Shown: positions 1 through 8,428 of the stretch, one piece after another | How the letters are laid out: each line of letters opens with the position of its first letter | How positions within the stretch are numbered: position 1 is the stretch's first letter | Source: an uncultured Oscillospiraceae bacterium | GTDB taxonomy: Bacteria > Bacillota > Clostridia > Oscillospirales > Oscillospiraceae | Assembly: GCA_964422935.1 (NCBI GenBank) | Contig: CAYRDE010000001.1 | Coordinates: 1,166 to 65,165, forward strand | Direction of reading: 5' to 3' | DNA length: 64,000 nucleotides | Position numbers and translations under genes: made by a program | The notes under the pieces: model-generated | Databases searched by the model: none | Seen by the model: only the letters and a program-made list of their open reading frames with translations | Told to the model about the DNA's origin: nothing

Positions 1-227
1 CGCTCCAAGGCTTTCTGGGCTTCTCCCCGGGTTGCATAGGCTCCAATGAACACATCGTTCTTTCTTGCCGCCCATGGCTTTGTGCGGTTTCCTGAGAGCT
101 TGCATATTGTACCGGTTCCGTTTGCCCGTTTCTTGTGTTTCCGTGGCTCTGTGTCCTGCCTTGCGCCGCAGGAGGGGCAGAATTTCGCCCCGTCAGGAAG
201 TTCAGATTTACATTTCCGGCATTTCAT
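1..227 (-). CDS. int: Phage tyrosine integrase, N-terminal part (runs off window)
   Basis: Manual translation MKCRKCKSELPDGAKFCPSCGARQ...KKRANGTGTICKLSGNRTKPWAAR: zinc ribbon plus the RxNGxGxIxKLSGNRxKPW arm-binding start typical of clostridial phage integrases. Confidence 0.8.
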   Translation of the reverse strand, partial: MKCRKCKSELPDGAKFCPSCGARQDTEPRKHKKRANGTGTICKLSGNRTKPWAARKNDVFIGAYATRGEAQKALE

Positions 228-235
228 TTTTCCCC

Positions 236-264
236 TTGCCTTTCCGGGGCTTTTCTGGTATGAT
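236..264 (+). promoter_or_regulatory. Sigma-A-like promoter antisense to the integrase leader
   Basis: TTGCCT-17 bp-TATGAT; hairpin GCCCTTCCGG...CCGGAAGGGC at 315-345 downstream. Confidence 0.5.
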
Positions 265-389
265 AAATGCGCAGAATGCCCCTATGTTGTGGTGATGTAT
301 TGGTTTTCTGTGCCGCCCTTCCGGTGCTGGTAACGCCGGAAGGGCATTTCCTTTTATACTTAATTAGTCCAAAATAACGGACAGTTTAA

Positions 390-418
390 TTGACTTTCTT
401 TTTATGGTGTGGTATAAT
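390..418 (+). promoter_or_regulatory. Sigma-A promoter for ORF 445-741
   Basis: TTGACT-17 bp-TATAAT. Confidence 0.75.
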
Positions 419-444
419 TGTCAAAACAGGAACGGAGGTATCAC

Positions 445-741
445 ATGGAAAAATTGTTTCATCCTTACATGAGCGAGATGAACCTGAGCGAACGAGACCC
501 GGATATGCTGAAGCTCTGCGCCGGGATTCTGCATGACCTCGGCTGGTATGCCCAGCAGGGGATGATCGACAACGCATTTGGATACCTTCGGCTCATGTCT
601 CAGCAAATGCCGGATGGTTTCCTCATGGCATGCGCCAATGGATTGGATGCAATTCAGGGTGTTTTGAAGAAAAAAGGTTCTGAGCTTCCTGCCGACACGA
701 TTCACATGTTGTGGAATCACAGTAAAGCTCGCACCCCCTGA
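445..741 (+). CDS. Hypothetical prophage accessory protein
   Basis: GGAGGT SD before ATG 445; own promoter. Confidence 0.7.
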   Translation: MEKLFHPYMSEMNLSERDPDMLKLCAGILHDLGWYAQQGMIDNAFGYLRLMSQQMPDGFLMACANGLDAIQGVLKKKGSELPADTIHMLWNHSKARTP

Positions 742-850
742 AATCAGCAATTACCCCGTTCTCCAATGTGGTATACCTTATGTACACGGTATCCGGGCGA
801 TAATACTCCAGGCATTCCACCTGCAAAGCGGAATCTTTCGTCTCATACAT
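623..850 (-). CDS. Small Cys-rich putative Zn-binding protein
   Basis: SD-like AAGGG before ATG; C-x26-C...CExC pattern shared with 4654-4851. Confidence 0.55.
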   Translation of the reverse strand: MYETKDSALQVECLEYYRPDTVYIRYTTLENGVIADFRGCELYCDSTTCESCRQEAQNLFSSKHPELHPIHWRMP

Positions 851-867
851 AAAATCCCTTCTTTCTT

Positions 868-900
868 TGCCTCACCTGCTCCCGGGTGAGGCAATTTTTT
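868..900. terminator. Intrinsic terminator-like hairpin
   Basis: TTGCCTCACC...GGTGAGGCAA followed by a T-run. Confidence 0.6.
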
Positions 901-934
901 ATTGACACGCTGGTTATAACACGATAAAATAAAT

Positions 935-1035
935 GAGCAGCATATTATTAATTACAAATTACAATCTCCCCAAAGATTGCGACTGCTGCACCGCCGCTTC
1001 GACGCTCCCCCGCCGAGGCGGCGGATTTCTATTTA
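935..1035 (+). ncRNA. Putative small RNA
   Basis: TTGACA-17-TAAAAT at 902-930, nested stems, GC-rich 3' hairpin followed by a T-rich tail; no SD for the overlapping ORF. Confidence 0.45.
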
Positions 1036-2151
1036 AAAATCGTCAGAATCTATCGACTCCAGAGACAAGTTTCCATCAGATACTTCGTAAAGCGTATATT
1101 CAAATGTGTATTCGTAGAAGATGAGTGGCTGAGAATCTTTTGAGAAATAGGTATTCTCCCCAAAATTATTTTCCCAACCGTACCAGTCGGTGCCTTCCGC
1201 AAAGTAGGCATAAAGCTCCGAAGGGAGAACGCTAACGGTTACGGTATCTCCAGCCCGTACATAAAAGGACATGTAGGTAGTTCCCATTTTGGTTTTTAAC
1301 TTTACAACGCAACTTCTGTCAGGCGATGCGTGAACAGTTAATTTAGAGCCTGCTTTTTCATTGTATTGTCTTCCTTCATGTATTGTTCCGCTTTTGGGCT
1401 CTGCAAACCTTTTCATCGTTGTTTCCGTCGGAAGAATATTAGAGTTTTCTTTTTGAAATACTGCATTGTTTCTGGGCCAGAATGCGAAGGCCAGGATAAG
1501 GCAAACAAGGATTACGGTTGTAAGAAGAATTACTGGGATTTTCCAACCTGTGGTGCCTTTGCTGGTTTGATCCTGCCTTGCCCCGCATTGTGAACAATAC
1601 CTGGCATTGATTTCAATTTCTGATCCGCATGCGTTGCAGTATGCTTTCCCATCTGCCTTCTCTTTTGGCAAGACAGTGTTCAAGGCTTCTGTCTGCTTAG
1701 ATAAAATTCTCTCTTTTGAAGCGCTTCCTCCAAAAACCATAATGAGTATGGACACGACGATTAAGTAAATGTACTGCGCATAGAACCAAAACATTGGTAC
1801 ACCGCTAACGGCACCGACGATACCTGCGTAAATCAGCATTGCACACCCCAATATTTCATAGGCGCCGCATAGATAATATCGAATCGCATGACTGGAAGGG
1901 TATATTTTATCCGAAAGAGAAACCAAAAAGTGCGGAAGCAGCATTGCGGAATAGATAACCAAGCTCAGGAAGACACCGCCGAACAGAAGAACCAGGATCA
2001 CAATGGCTACAGTAGACTGCCTACCAAGCCAGTAATAAGCATACCTTCCCAGCTTCCATAACAGGTCTGCCAGAAACTGAATACCAAGCATCAATGCTAT
2101 CGTACAGACCCATGCTACCGGGCGAAGCGCCCAGGATTTCTTTTTCTCCAT
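1033..2151 (-). CDS. Multi-TM membrane protein with zinc ribbon and C-terminal soluble domain
   Basis: Four N-terminal hydrophobic segments, CxxC-x10-CxxC ribbon, one further TM helix. Confidence 0.8.
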   Translation of the reverse strand: MEKKKSWALRPVAWVCTIALMLGIQFLADLLWKLGRYAYYWLGRQSTVAIVILVLLFGGVFLSLVIYSAMLLPHFLVSLSDKIYPSSHAIRYYLCGAYEILGCAMLIYAGIVGAVSGVPMFWFYAQYIYLIVVSILIMVFGGSASKERILSKQTEALNTVLPKEKADGKAYCNACGSEIEINARYCSQCGARQDQTSKGTTGWKIPVILLTTVILVCLILAFAFWPRNNAVFQKENSNILPTETTMKRFAEPKSGTIHEGRQYNEKAGSKLTVHASPDRSCVVKLKTKMGTTYMSFYVRAGDTVTVSVLPSELYAYFAEGTDWYGWENNFGENTYFSKDSQPLIFYEYTFEYTLYEVSDGNLSLESIDSDDF

Positions 2152-2168
2152 CTTCCGATCTCCTTTTT

Positions 2169-2861
2169 CTAAAACGTTATTTCATTTTTAACCACTCTTC
2201 CGACGATGCGTATACTGGTATTTTTGGTATCGTAGATCTGGGGCTGGTGAATGGGGTTTGTGGACTGGGGCATGAGAGTGACAGTGGTTCCTGTTCGATA
2301 AAATCGTTTTACGGTTGCCTCATCTCCGTTGACCATAACAACAGCAATCTCCCCGTTCTCAACAATGTCCTGACGGCGAACGATTAAAACGTCACCATCG
2401 AAAATTCTGACGGCTGTCATGCTGTCACCTTCGACCCGAAGAGCAAAGTATTCCGCTCCGCCGTTCAGATCGGTGTAGGTGTACCCCTCAATATTTTCCT
2501 CTGCATACAAGGGAAGCCCGGCGCTGATGCGCCCTAAAATTGGAATGCGGTGGGTTGGGGTGTATGGCTGGATTTCTGGTGCAACATAATCTGGTTTTGG
2601 AATGTCCTCAATAGGCTCCATTGCTAAGGATAGCGGCATATCATCAGCCCTATTGCAAAGCTCGTGAATAGTTACTGACATACCGTCCGCTAATTTTTTT
2701 AATTGTGGCAATGCTGGTATGATGGGCTTCCCGGTGTTTGGGTTTATTCCCTTTTCTAAAATAGAGATATATCCGTTAGAAAGGTCACACTTGGCTGCAA
2801 ATTGTCGTTGCGATAAACCGTGTTCCTTTCTATACTCTTTTATTATATCTTGGAGCTTCAC
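2169..2861 (-). CDS. CI/LexA-like repressor (HTH + S24 peptidase)
   Basis: N-terminal HTH, ISAG cleavage motif, GDSM catalytic Ser, ATVKRF Lys; SD GAAGGAGGT before GTG 2861. Confidence 0.95.
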   Translation of the reverse strand: MKLQDIIKEYRKEHGLSQRQFAAKCDLSNGYISILEKGINPNTGKPIIPALPQLKKLADGMSVTIHELCNRADDMPLSLAMEPIEDIPKPDYVAPEIQPYTPTHRIPILGRISAGLPLYAEENIEGYTYTDLNGGAEYFALRVEGDSMTAVRIFDGDVLIVRRQDIVENGEIAVVMVNGDEATVKRFYRTGTTVTLMPQSTNPIHQPQIYDTKNTSIRIVGRVVKNEITF

Positions 2862-2877
2862 TATATCACCTCCTTCT

Positions 2878-2993
2878 GTTAAATACATTTTACACCACGC
2901 AGTAAAAAAAGTCAATAATTTTGTGAAACGAATTTAACGTTTTGTATTGACAAATGGCTATGCACGGTGTATTATATGTGTAATCGGTTTAAC
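2878..2993. promoter_or_regulatory. Divergent lysis/lysogeny promoters with operators
   Basis: Leftward TTGACT-17-TAAAAT (2915-2887); rightward TTGACA-17-TATTAT (2947-2975); 16-bp pseudo-palindromes GTKWAA-N4-WTWWAC at 2878, 2923, 2978 and 3222. Confidence 0.75.
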
Positions 2994-3026
2994 ACTCCGA
3001 GTAAAAAGAAAGGAGGATGGAGCTAA

Positions 3027-3227
3027 GTGGGGTACAAAATCAAGGAAATCCGTGAATCAAAGCATATGACACAGGATGAACTCGCTCAAAAAAGCGGAAT
3101 CAGCCGAGTTACCATCTCAGCGATGGAAAATGGAGTCGAGAGAAATACTACCTCCAGAACGCTTGTGAAGTTAGCGGAAGCTCTTGGCGTAACAATCGAC
3201 CAAATTTTTTTTACAGAAAGTGTTTAA
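3027..3227 (+). CDS. Cro-like XRE HTH regulator
   Basis: 66-aa HTH (MTQDELAQKSGISRVTISAMENG) divergent from CI. Confidence 0.9.
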   Translation: MGYKIKEIRESKHMTQDELAQKSGISRVTISAMENGVERNTTSRTLVKLAEALGVTIDQIFFTESV

Positions 3228-3274
3228 TAAAATAAACACTTCTATAGAGCGCACTATCTGGCAACCAGGGTAAA

Positions 3275-3580
3275 GAAAAACCGTCCATGCTTGGAACATG
3301 GACGATTCTCCGTAGGTTTTAGTCTCTTTCACAAGGCCCAGGTTGTTCCGGCTATGGTAGGCCGGGCCGGGCAGGTCTCCAAGCCCTGTCTTTTCCTTGT
3401 GAATGGTACACTTCGGCGACCTACACCACCGCTGTACCGGTTCGGCATTTCACGCTCCGTTTGGTAACGGGCGGGCGTTAGCCGGAGACACGGTGAAGCT
3501 GCATTATAGTCTTGAAGATGTCTTTCAAGACGCATCACCTCCACCTATTTTTTACATCCATAATTGCGTACGCTGGATGT
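3275..3580 (-). ncRNA. Structured ~300-nt ncRNA (or mRNA for a 16-aa peptide)
   Basis: TTGAAT-17-TAAAAT promoter with extended -10 (3615-3587); many nested stems; intrinsic terminator with U-tract at 3275-3306. Confidence 0.65.
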
Positions 3581-3710
3581 AAAAACATTTTAACATACGT
3601 TGAAGTAAAATTCAACTCTTTTTCCTGGTTGTCAGATAGTGCGCTCTGCAAAACGAGAAACTCACAGAAAAGTAAAGCCCGGCCCCGCCTGTCTTAATAT
3701 GTGGAAACGA

Positions 3711-4358
3711 TTATCGTTCTCTGTAATTTATTACAGCGTCCCAAACATCGTCATCATTCAGCATCTTATAAACGCAATCCGGGCAAATGCACTCGTCATC
3801 CATCCCACGGCAATCACGAGGCGCTGACTCTCCGCACATGATACACGTACCGCACTCGTACACAACGCATTCTTCTTCAATGTATTTCAGCTCTCTGTTC
3901 AAACGCTCATTCTCGTTCAATAGGTAATCATAGTCCCAAAGTTTTCCGCTATAGTCTTCAAGCGTATCTTCCATATAGTTATTTTGATCTTCGATAGACG
4001 ATAATTCACTTTTAAGCACATCTAATTCTTTTGCCTGGTCAGCATTCATCCATATGCAGCCTATGAACCCGATTAAAAGAATGATAGGAAGCGTAACCAA
4101 GAAACCGTTTTTATCCTGGAACGCTGTTCCAGTGCTAAACACAACAGGTTCTGTTGACTTTTTAGAAAGGAAATACAGGACAACATCCGAAAGAATGAGG
4201 AAGAAGAACATAAAAACATAGAGGATGGATAGGGCAAAAATAACAGGCAACATCCTGAAATCCATGAATTCGTATTTGCCAATTACGAATACAAGAAAAA
4301 TCGAAACCAGTGCAGCCAGAATCTTTGACCATGTTTTAATGTTTATTTTTCTTTTCAT
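3711..4358 (-). CDS. Membrane protein with coiled coil and C-terminal Cys cluster
   Basis: Three hydrophobic segments, coiled-coil stretch, multiple CxxC; AT-rich. Confidence 0.75.
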   Translation of the reverse strand: MKRKINIKTWSKILAALVSIFLVFVIGKYEFMDFRMLPVIFALSILYVFMFFFLILSDVVLYFLSKKSTEPVVFSTGTAFQDKNGFLVTLPIILLIGFIGCIWMNADQAKELDVLKSELSSIEDQNNYMEDTLEDYSGKLWDYDYLLNENERLNRELKYIEEECVVYECGTCIMCGESAPRDCRGMDDECICPDCVYKMLNDDDVWDAVINYRER

Positions 4359-4406
4359 AGCAATACCCCTTTTCTATTTTATTTCAACTCCGGAGGAAGT
4401 GAACAC

Positions 4407-4628
4407 ATGGAAGACACAACACGCCGAATTAGCCAAGCGGAATGGAGTGCATTCATTCTTCGCTCCCTGATCAGCTACCACGAGCGGTCACACATGAGCG
4501 TACTTATGAACGAGGACGGGACGGACTTCTGCGACAAGCAATCGAATTGCCCGGCGGCGAACCATGACGGATATCTGGTTGGGCTGAAATACGCTCTGTC
4601 TGTCGTGGAGGAAAAGACCAGGAAGTAA
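4407..4628 (+). CDS. Hypothetical phage protein
   Basis: GGAGG SD; weak similarity to 445-741. Confidence 0.6.
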   Translation: MEDTTRRISQAEWSAFILRSLISYHERSHMSVLMNEDGTDFCDKQSNCPAANHDGYLVGLKYALSVVEEKTRK

Positions 4629-4653
4629 GGTGAATATGGCGCAGGGATTTGCT

Positions 4654-4851
4654 TTATTTCTTCTCAATGATTTTTTGGTATGCGGCTTTGTGGCAGGCTT
4701 CACACTGTACATTCCCCTTGTGCCAGTTGTGATCGCATCCGAAAAATTCTAAGTACCACTTTCCATCAATGCATCTTTCGTAGAAATGAACCTCTTCAAC
4801 TGCGTCAATTACAGGACAAAACATTTTTATCGTATATGGAGTTTCGTTCAT
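4654..4851 (-). CDS. Small Cys-rich putative Zn-binding protein
   Basis: G-rich SD, upstream TATGAT promoter-like element, paralogous pattern to 623-850. Confidence 0.6.
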   Translation of the reverse strand: MNETPYTIKMFCPVIDAVEEVHFYERCIDGKWYLEFFGCDHNWHKGNVQCEACHKAAYQKIIEKK

Positions 4852-4924
4852 TGGCCCCCCGTTTCTCCCTGCGCCGTATTCAATCCAATCATATCACAGA
4901 TAACCCAAAAAGCAACAAAATAAT

Positions 4925-5002
4925 GGGCCGTTATCTCAAAAGGCAGAGAGGTTGGGTTCATAGGCCCCACGAATGCCGGTTCGAATCCGGTGCGGCCTAC
5001 CA
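4925..5002 (+). tRNA. tRNA-like gene with non-canonical anticodon arm (CAT in loop)
   Basis: Acceptor GGGCCGT/GCGGCCT + ACCA, D-arm TCTC/GAGA, T-arm GCCGG-TTCGAAT-CCGGT; anticodon arm 20 nt. Confidence 0.6.
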
Positions 5003-5097
5003 TTACAAGGAGGTGAGGCGGAATACCTCAGATGTGCGCTTGATGTTGTGTCTCCGGGACCAGACTAAATCACGATTCTTAAAGGAAGGAGGGCAAA

Positions 5098-5313
5098 ATG
5101 AAAAACCCAAGAATGACCCTGAAAGATGTCATGGAGGACATGAAAGACCGCGGCCTCCCGATGACGCTGAAAACCATTTCCGAGTGCCTGATCAGCGGTG
5201 CGCTTCCATTCGCCCACATCATCGGCACCGGTGACAGCGGTAGAACCACGTTCCTGATCTTCCGCCGGGACTACGAAAAATGGGCGGAAGAATATCTGGA
5301 TTCTTACATGTAA
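5098..5313 (+). CDS. Small DNA-binding protein, possible excisionase
   Basis: 71 aa, strong SD, MerR/Xis-like size and position. Confidence 0.55.
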   Translation: MKNPRMTLKDVMEDMKDRGLPMTLKTISECLISGALPFAHIIGTGDSGRTTFLIFRRDYEKWAEEYLDSYM

Positions 5314-5329
5314 ATAAAGGAGGTAAACC

Positions 5330-5608
5330 ATGTACGCACCAAAATATTTAAGAGCCGAGCCGATCAACGCTCAGGCGGTGGAGGATGCCCAGATTCTGGC
5401 CCTGTTCCAGAACAAGCGGGACAACGCCATGGCGGATGAGCTGAGTGCCATGTGTCGGCGGAACCCAAACCGAAATGCAGTTGCTTTCAAAATGGAAGCA
5501 GCTCCCGCAGAAGTCCCCGCCCAGCGGCAGGATACCACAATGCTGCTGGTGTCCGGGCTGATGATGGTGATTACCCTGGCGGTAAGTCTGGCCCAGGTGC
5601 TGGCATGA
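5330..5608 (+). CDS. Hypothetical protein with C-terminal TM helix
   Basis: AAGGAGGT SD; hydrophobic C-terminus. Confidence 0.7.
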   Translation: MYAPKYLRAEPINAQAVEDAQILALFQNKRDNAMADELSAMCRRNPNRNAVAFKMEAAPAEVPAQRQDTTMLLVSGLMMVITLAVSLAQVLA

Positions 5609-5772
5609 AAGATCAAGTGCCCGGCGAACAGGAAAAGCGGATACTCATGGAGAATGGCTTGAATCCAGATGGTTACTCTGTGATCCATAAAGAGGATGAT
5701 GTGATCTATCTCCGGTGCTATAAGACTCGGGATGTGGTCGCTATCTATAAGGGTGACAGGCCATGGAAGTAA
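5605..5772 (+). CDS. Small phage protein (DUF6906-like)
   Basis: ATGA overlap with upstream stop; EKRILxxxGLNPxxYxV pattern. Confidence 0.55.
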   Translation: MKDQVPGEQEKRILMENGLNPDGYSVIHKEDDVIYLRCYKTRDVVAIYKGDRPWK

Positions 5773-5861
5773 AAGAGCCGCCCCCGGAGCGGCAACTCCG
5801 ATGGGCGGCAGGACAAATTGATACAATGCTATTTTAGCACAGAAGAAAGGAATTTGCAAGC

Positions 5862-6050
5862 ATGGATATTGAGGACCCAATTATCACCAACATGGAGCGC
5901 ACGGGCTATCCAGATGGTCTGGGCCGTCGGCTCCCCGTTTGTCCGGTCTGCGGTGCGGAGGCTGGAGAATTCTATAAGAACCACGATGGGCAGATTGTCG
6001 GATGCGATGAGTGCGTTGACATCGTCCCTTACTACGAAATGGAGGAATAG
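5862..6050 (+). CDS. Small Zn-finger phage protein
   Basis: CPVCG...GCDEC. Confidence 0.7.
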   Translation: MDIEDPIITNMERTGYPDGLGRRLPVCPVCGAEAGEFYKNHDGQIVGCDECVDIVPYYEMEE

Positions 6051-6056
6051 ATCACG

Positions 6057-6914
6057 ATGAGTGAGCAGACGGAATTGCAAACGATAGCCCCGGCGGCTCC
6101 CATGCTTGTGGTTCAGCTCCCCATTATCCAGGAGCGGCTGCGGGATATCCAGAAACAGGTCATGGAGCGGACAGCCTTGGCAAAGTCTCTGGTATGTTCT
6201 CCGGAGACGCTGCGGGATGTCAAGAAGGAACGAGCGGAGCTTCGGGCGGAGTTTGAAGCCCTGGAAGAACAGCGGAAAGCCGTTAAAAAAGCCATTATGG
6301 CGCCCTATGAGCGGTTCGATGTTACATATAAGGAATGTGTCTCTGATGCCTTTACCGAGGCGGACAACGTCATGCGGGACAAGATCGCCGCTGTGGAATC
6401 CGGCATCAAAAAGGAATGCGAGAACCGGATGTATGCGTTTTTTGAGGAGCTGAAAGCCCTGAACCATCTGGATTTCCTGCGGTGGGATCAAGCAATGGTC
6501 AAAGTGGATATGGCGTCCGCCCAGCAGAAGACCCCCAAGAAGCTGATGCGGCAAATCCAGGACTTTGTTGAGCGGGTGGCGGATGACGTGTCCGTGATTT
6601 CCGGGATGGAGAACGCCGGGGAAATTATGGTGGAATATAAGCGGTCCCTGAACGCCGCCGCGGCAATCCGCACGGTGCGGGAACGGCATGCGGCGATTGC
6701 GGCGGAGAATAACCGGTCAGTATCCAGGGCAGAGACCATCCAGCAGGAGGAAGAACGGGTCCGGCAGGTAGAAGAGGCGGCAAAGCCTCCGGTTTCTGCT
6801 CCGGTGGATAATGCGGAATATACGGCTGTGTTTACCGTTACCGCTTCCAGGGAGAAGCTTGTGAAGCTGAGAGAATTTATGAAACAGGAGGAAATCTATT
6901 ATGAATGCAAGTAA
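6057..6914 (+). CDS. DUF1351-like coiled-coil phage protein
   Basis: VKKERAELR...EEQRKAVKKAIMAPY pattern; precedes the recombinase. Confidence 0.7.
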   Translation: MSEQTELQTIAPAAPMLVVQLPIIQERLRDIQKQVMERTALAKSLVCSPETLRDVKKERAELRAEFEALEEQRKAVKKAIMAPYERFDVTYKECVSDAFTEADNVMRDKIAAVESGIKKECENRMYAFFEELKALNHLDFLRWDQAMVKVDMASAQQKTPKKLMRQIQDFVERVADDVSVISGMENAGEIMVEYKRSLNAAAAIRTVRERHAAIAAENNRSVSRAETIQQEEERVRQVEEAAKPPVSAPVDNAEYTAVFTVTASREKLVKLREFMKQEEIYYECK

Positions 6915-7776
6915 AAACCCCTCCGCGATTGCGGAATTTGAGCAGAACCAGCCTGCGGCCCGGCGGGTCGGTGCGGAAATGATGGCAAGTCGGGAGGCCC
7001 AGGAGGTGCAGGTGGCTATGGTTGCGGCAAAGCGCTTCCCCAGAGATGAAATCACCGCATACAACAAGATCCTCAGCGACTGCCAGCGTAAGAGCCTTGC
7101 GGAAAAGGCCATGTACGAGTTTAAGCGGGGGACAAGCATTGTCACCGGTCCGTCTATCCATCTTGCCAAGGCAATTGCCCGGGGATGGGGCAATCTGGAC
7201 AGCGGATTTAAGGTGCTGGAGCAGAGCGCGAAGGAGTCCACGGTCATGGCATACTGTTGGGACCTGGAAACCAACTACCGGGAGACCAAGGTTTTCACGG
7301 TGCAGCACGTCAGGGAAACCAAAAACGGTGCCTATCCGCTGACGGATTCCCGGGATATTTATGAGATGATTGCCAACCAGGCGGCCCGGCGGGAACGTTC
7401 CTGTATTCTCTCCGTGATCCCCAGCGATGTGGTGGACGCGGCGGTTGGGCAGTGCAATGTCACGCTGGCAGGCAATGGGAAAATGCCTATCCAGGACATG
7501 GTGCGGGTCCTGGTCGGCAAATTCCAGGAGCGGTATGGTGTGACGGCGGAAATGCTGGAGGGGTACATTGGATGCAAAAAAGAGGCGTTCAGCAACCAGA
7601 GTGTGGTCCGTCTGAAGAATGTGTACAACACGCTGGTGGACGGCAGCGCAAGCCCGGAACAGTATTTTGATATGTCCATGGCGGCACCGGAAAAGAAGCC
7701 ATCTGAGGGAGGCACTGCGGCGCCAGATGCCGAGAAGCAGGGTGGAACGGATCGGGTGAGCCTGGATGACCTATGA
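6901..7776 (+). CDS. Putative ssDNA-annealing/recombination protein
   Basis: AKRFPRD...GPSIHLA...WGN...CWDLETN motifs; sits between DUF1351-like and MBL genes. Confidence 0.55.
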   Translation: MNASKNPSAIAEFEQNQPAARRVGAEMMASREAQEVQVAMVAAKRFPRDEITAYNKILSDCQRKSLAEKAMYEFKRGTSIVTGPSIHLAKAIARGWGNLDSGFKVLEQSAKESTVMAYCWDLETNYRETKVFTVQHVRETKNGAYPLTDSRDIYEMIANQAARRERSCILSVIPSDVVDAAVGQCNVTLAGNGKMPIQDMVRVLVGKFQERYGVTAEMLEGYIGCKKEAFSNQSVVRLKNVYNTLVDGSASPEQYFDMSMAAPEKKPSEGGTAAPDAEKQGGTDRVSLDDL

Positions 7777-8428
7777 CATTATCTCCACCGGGAGCAAGGG
7801 AAACGCCGTTGTGATAAACGGGGATATCCTGATTGACTGCGGGGTTCCCTTTAGGATGCTTGAACCTGTAATGAAAGATCTACAGCTGGTACTCCTAACC
7901 CACAGGCATTGCGACCATTTTAAACGCTGGACGGTGAGGGCGCTAGCAAGGAAGCGCCCCACCCTCCGGTGGGGGTGCTGTGGATGGATGGTGTCCCCTC
8001 TGCTGGAATCCAGCGTGGATGCACGGGTGATTGACGTATATGAACCTGGGATTCCCAACGACTACATGGGGGATATTGGGAAGATTTCCCCAGAGACGCT
8101 TATACATAATGTCCCAAACTGTGGCTACCATATCCACTTCCCCAATGGCGAAACGCTTTTCTACGCCACGGACACGGCGACTCTGGAGGGCATTGTAGCC
8201 AAGAATTATGACCTTTACATGATCGAGGCCAATCACACAACGGAAGAAATTCAGGCGGCAATCCAGGGAAAGCAGGAATCCGGGGAATATTCCTACGAGT
8301 GGGCAGCGGCCCACAACCATCTGAGTCGGGAGCAGGCGGAAAAGTGGCTTTCAGAAAACGCTGGTCCGAATAGTCAGTATTTGTTTTTGCATCAACACAA
8401 TGGAGGTGATCCGCATGGCGTGGATTGA
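7766..8428 (+). CDS. MBL-fold metallo-hydrolase (phage nuclease)
   Basis: STGSKGN, IDCG, THxHxDH, YATDT, IEANH, HLS motifs. Confidence 0.85.
   Translation: MTYDIISTGSKGNAVVINGDILIDCGVPFRMLEPVMKDLQLVLLTHRHCDHFKRWTVRALARKRPTLRWGCCGWMVSPLLESSVDARVIDVYEPGIPNDYMGDIGKISPETLIHNVPNCGYHIHFPNGETLFYATDTATLEGIVAKNYDLYMIEANHTTEEIQAAIQGKQESGEYSYEWAAAHNHLSREQAEKWLSENAGPNSQYLFLHQHNGGDPHGVD

Noticed and set aside
3329-3544. 71-aa ORF MEVMRLERH...
   Set aside because: No properly spaced SD; dense base-pairing suggests an RNA function
4636-4752. 38-aa hydrophobic ORF MAQGFALFLL... as a type I toxin
   Set aside because: Weak SD spacing and fully antisense to a better-supported ORF; probably a shadow
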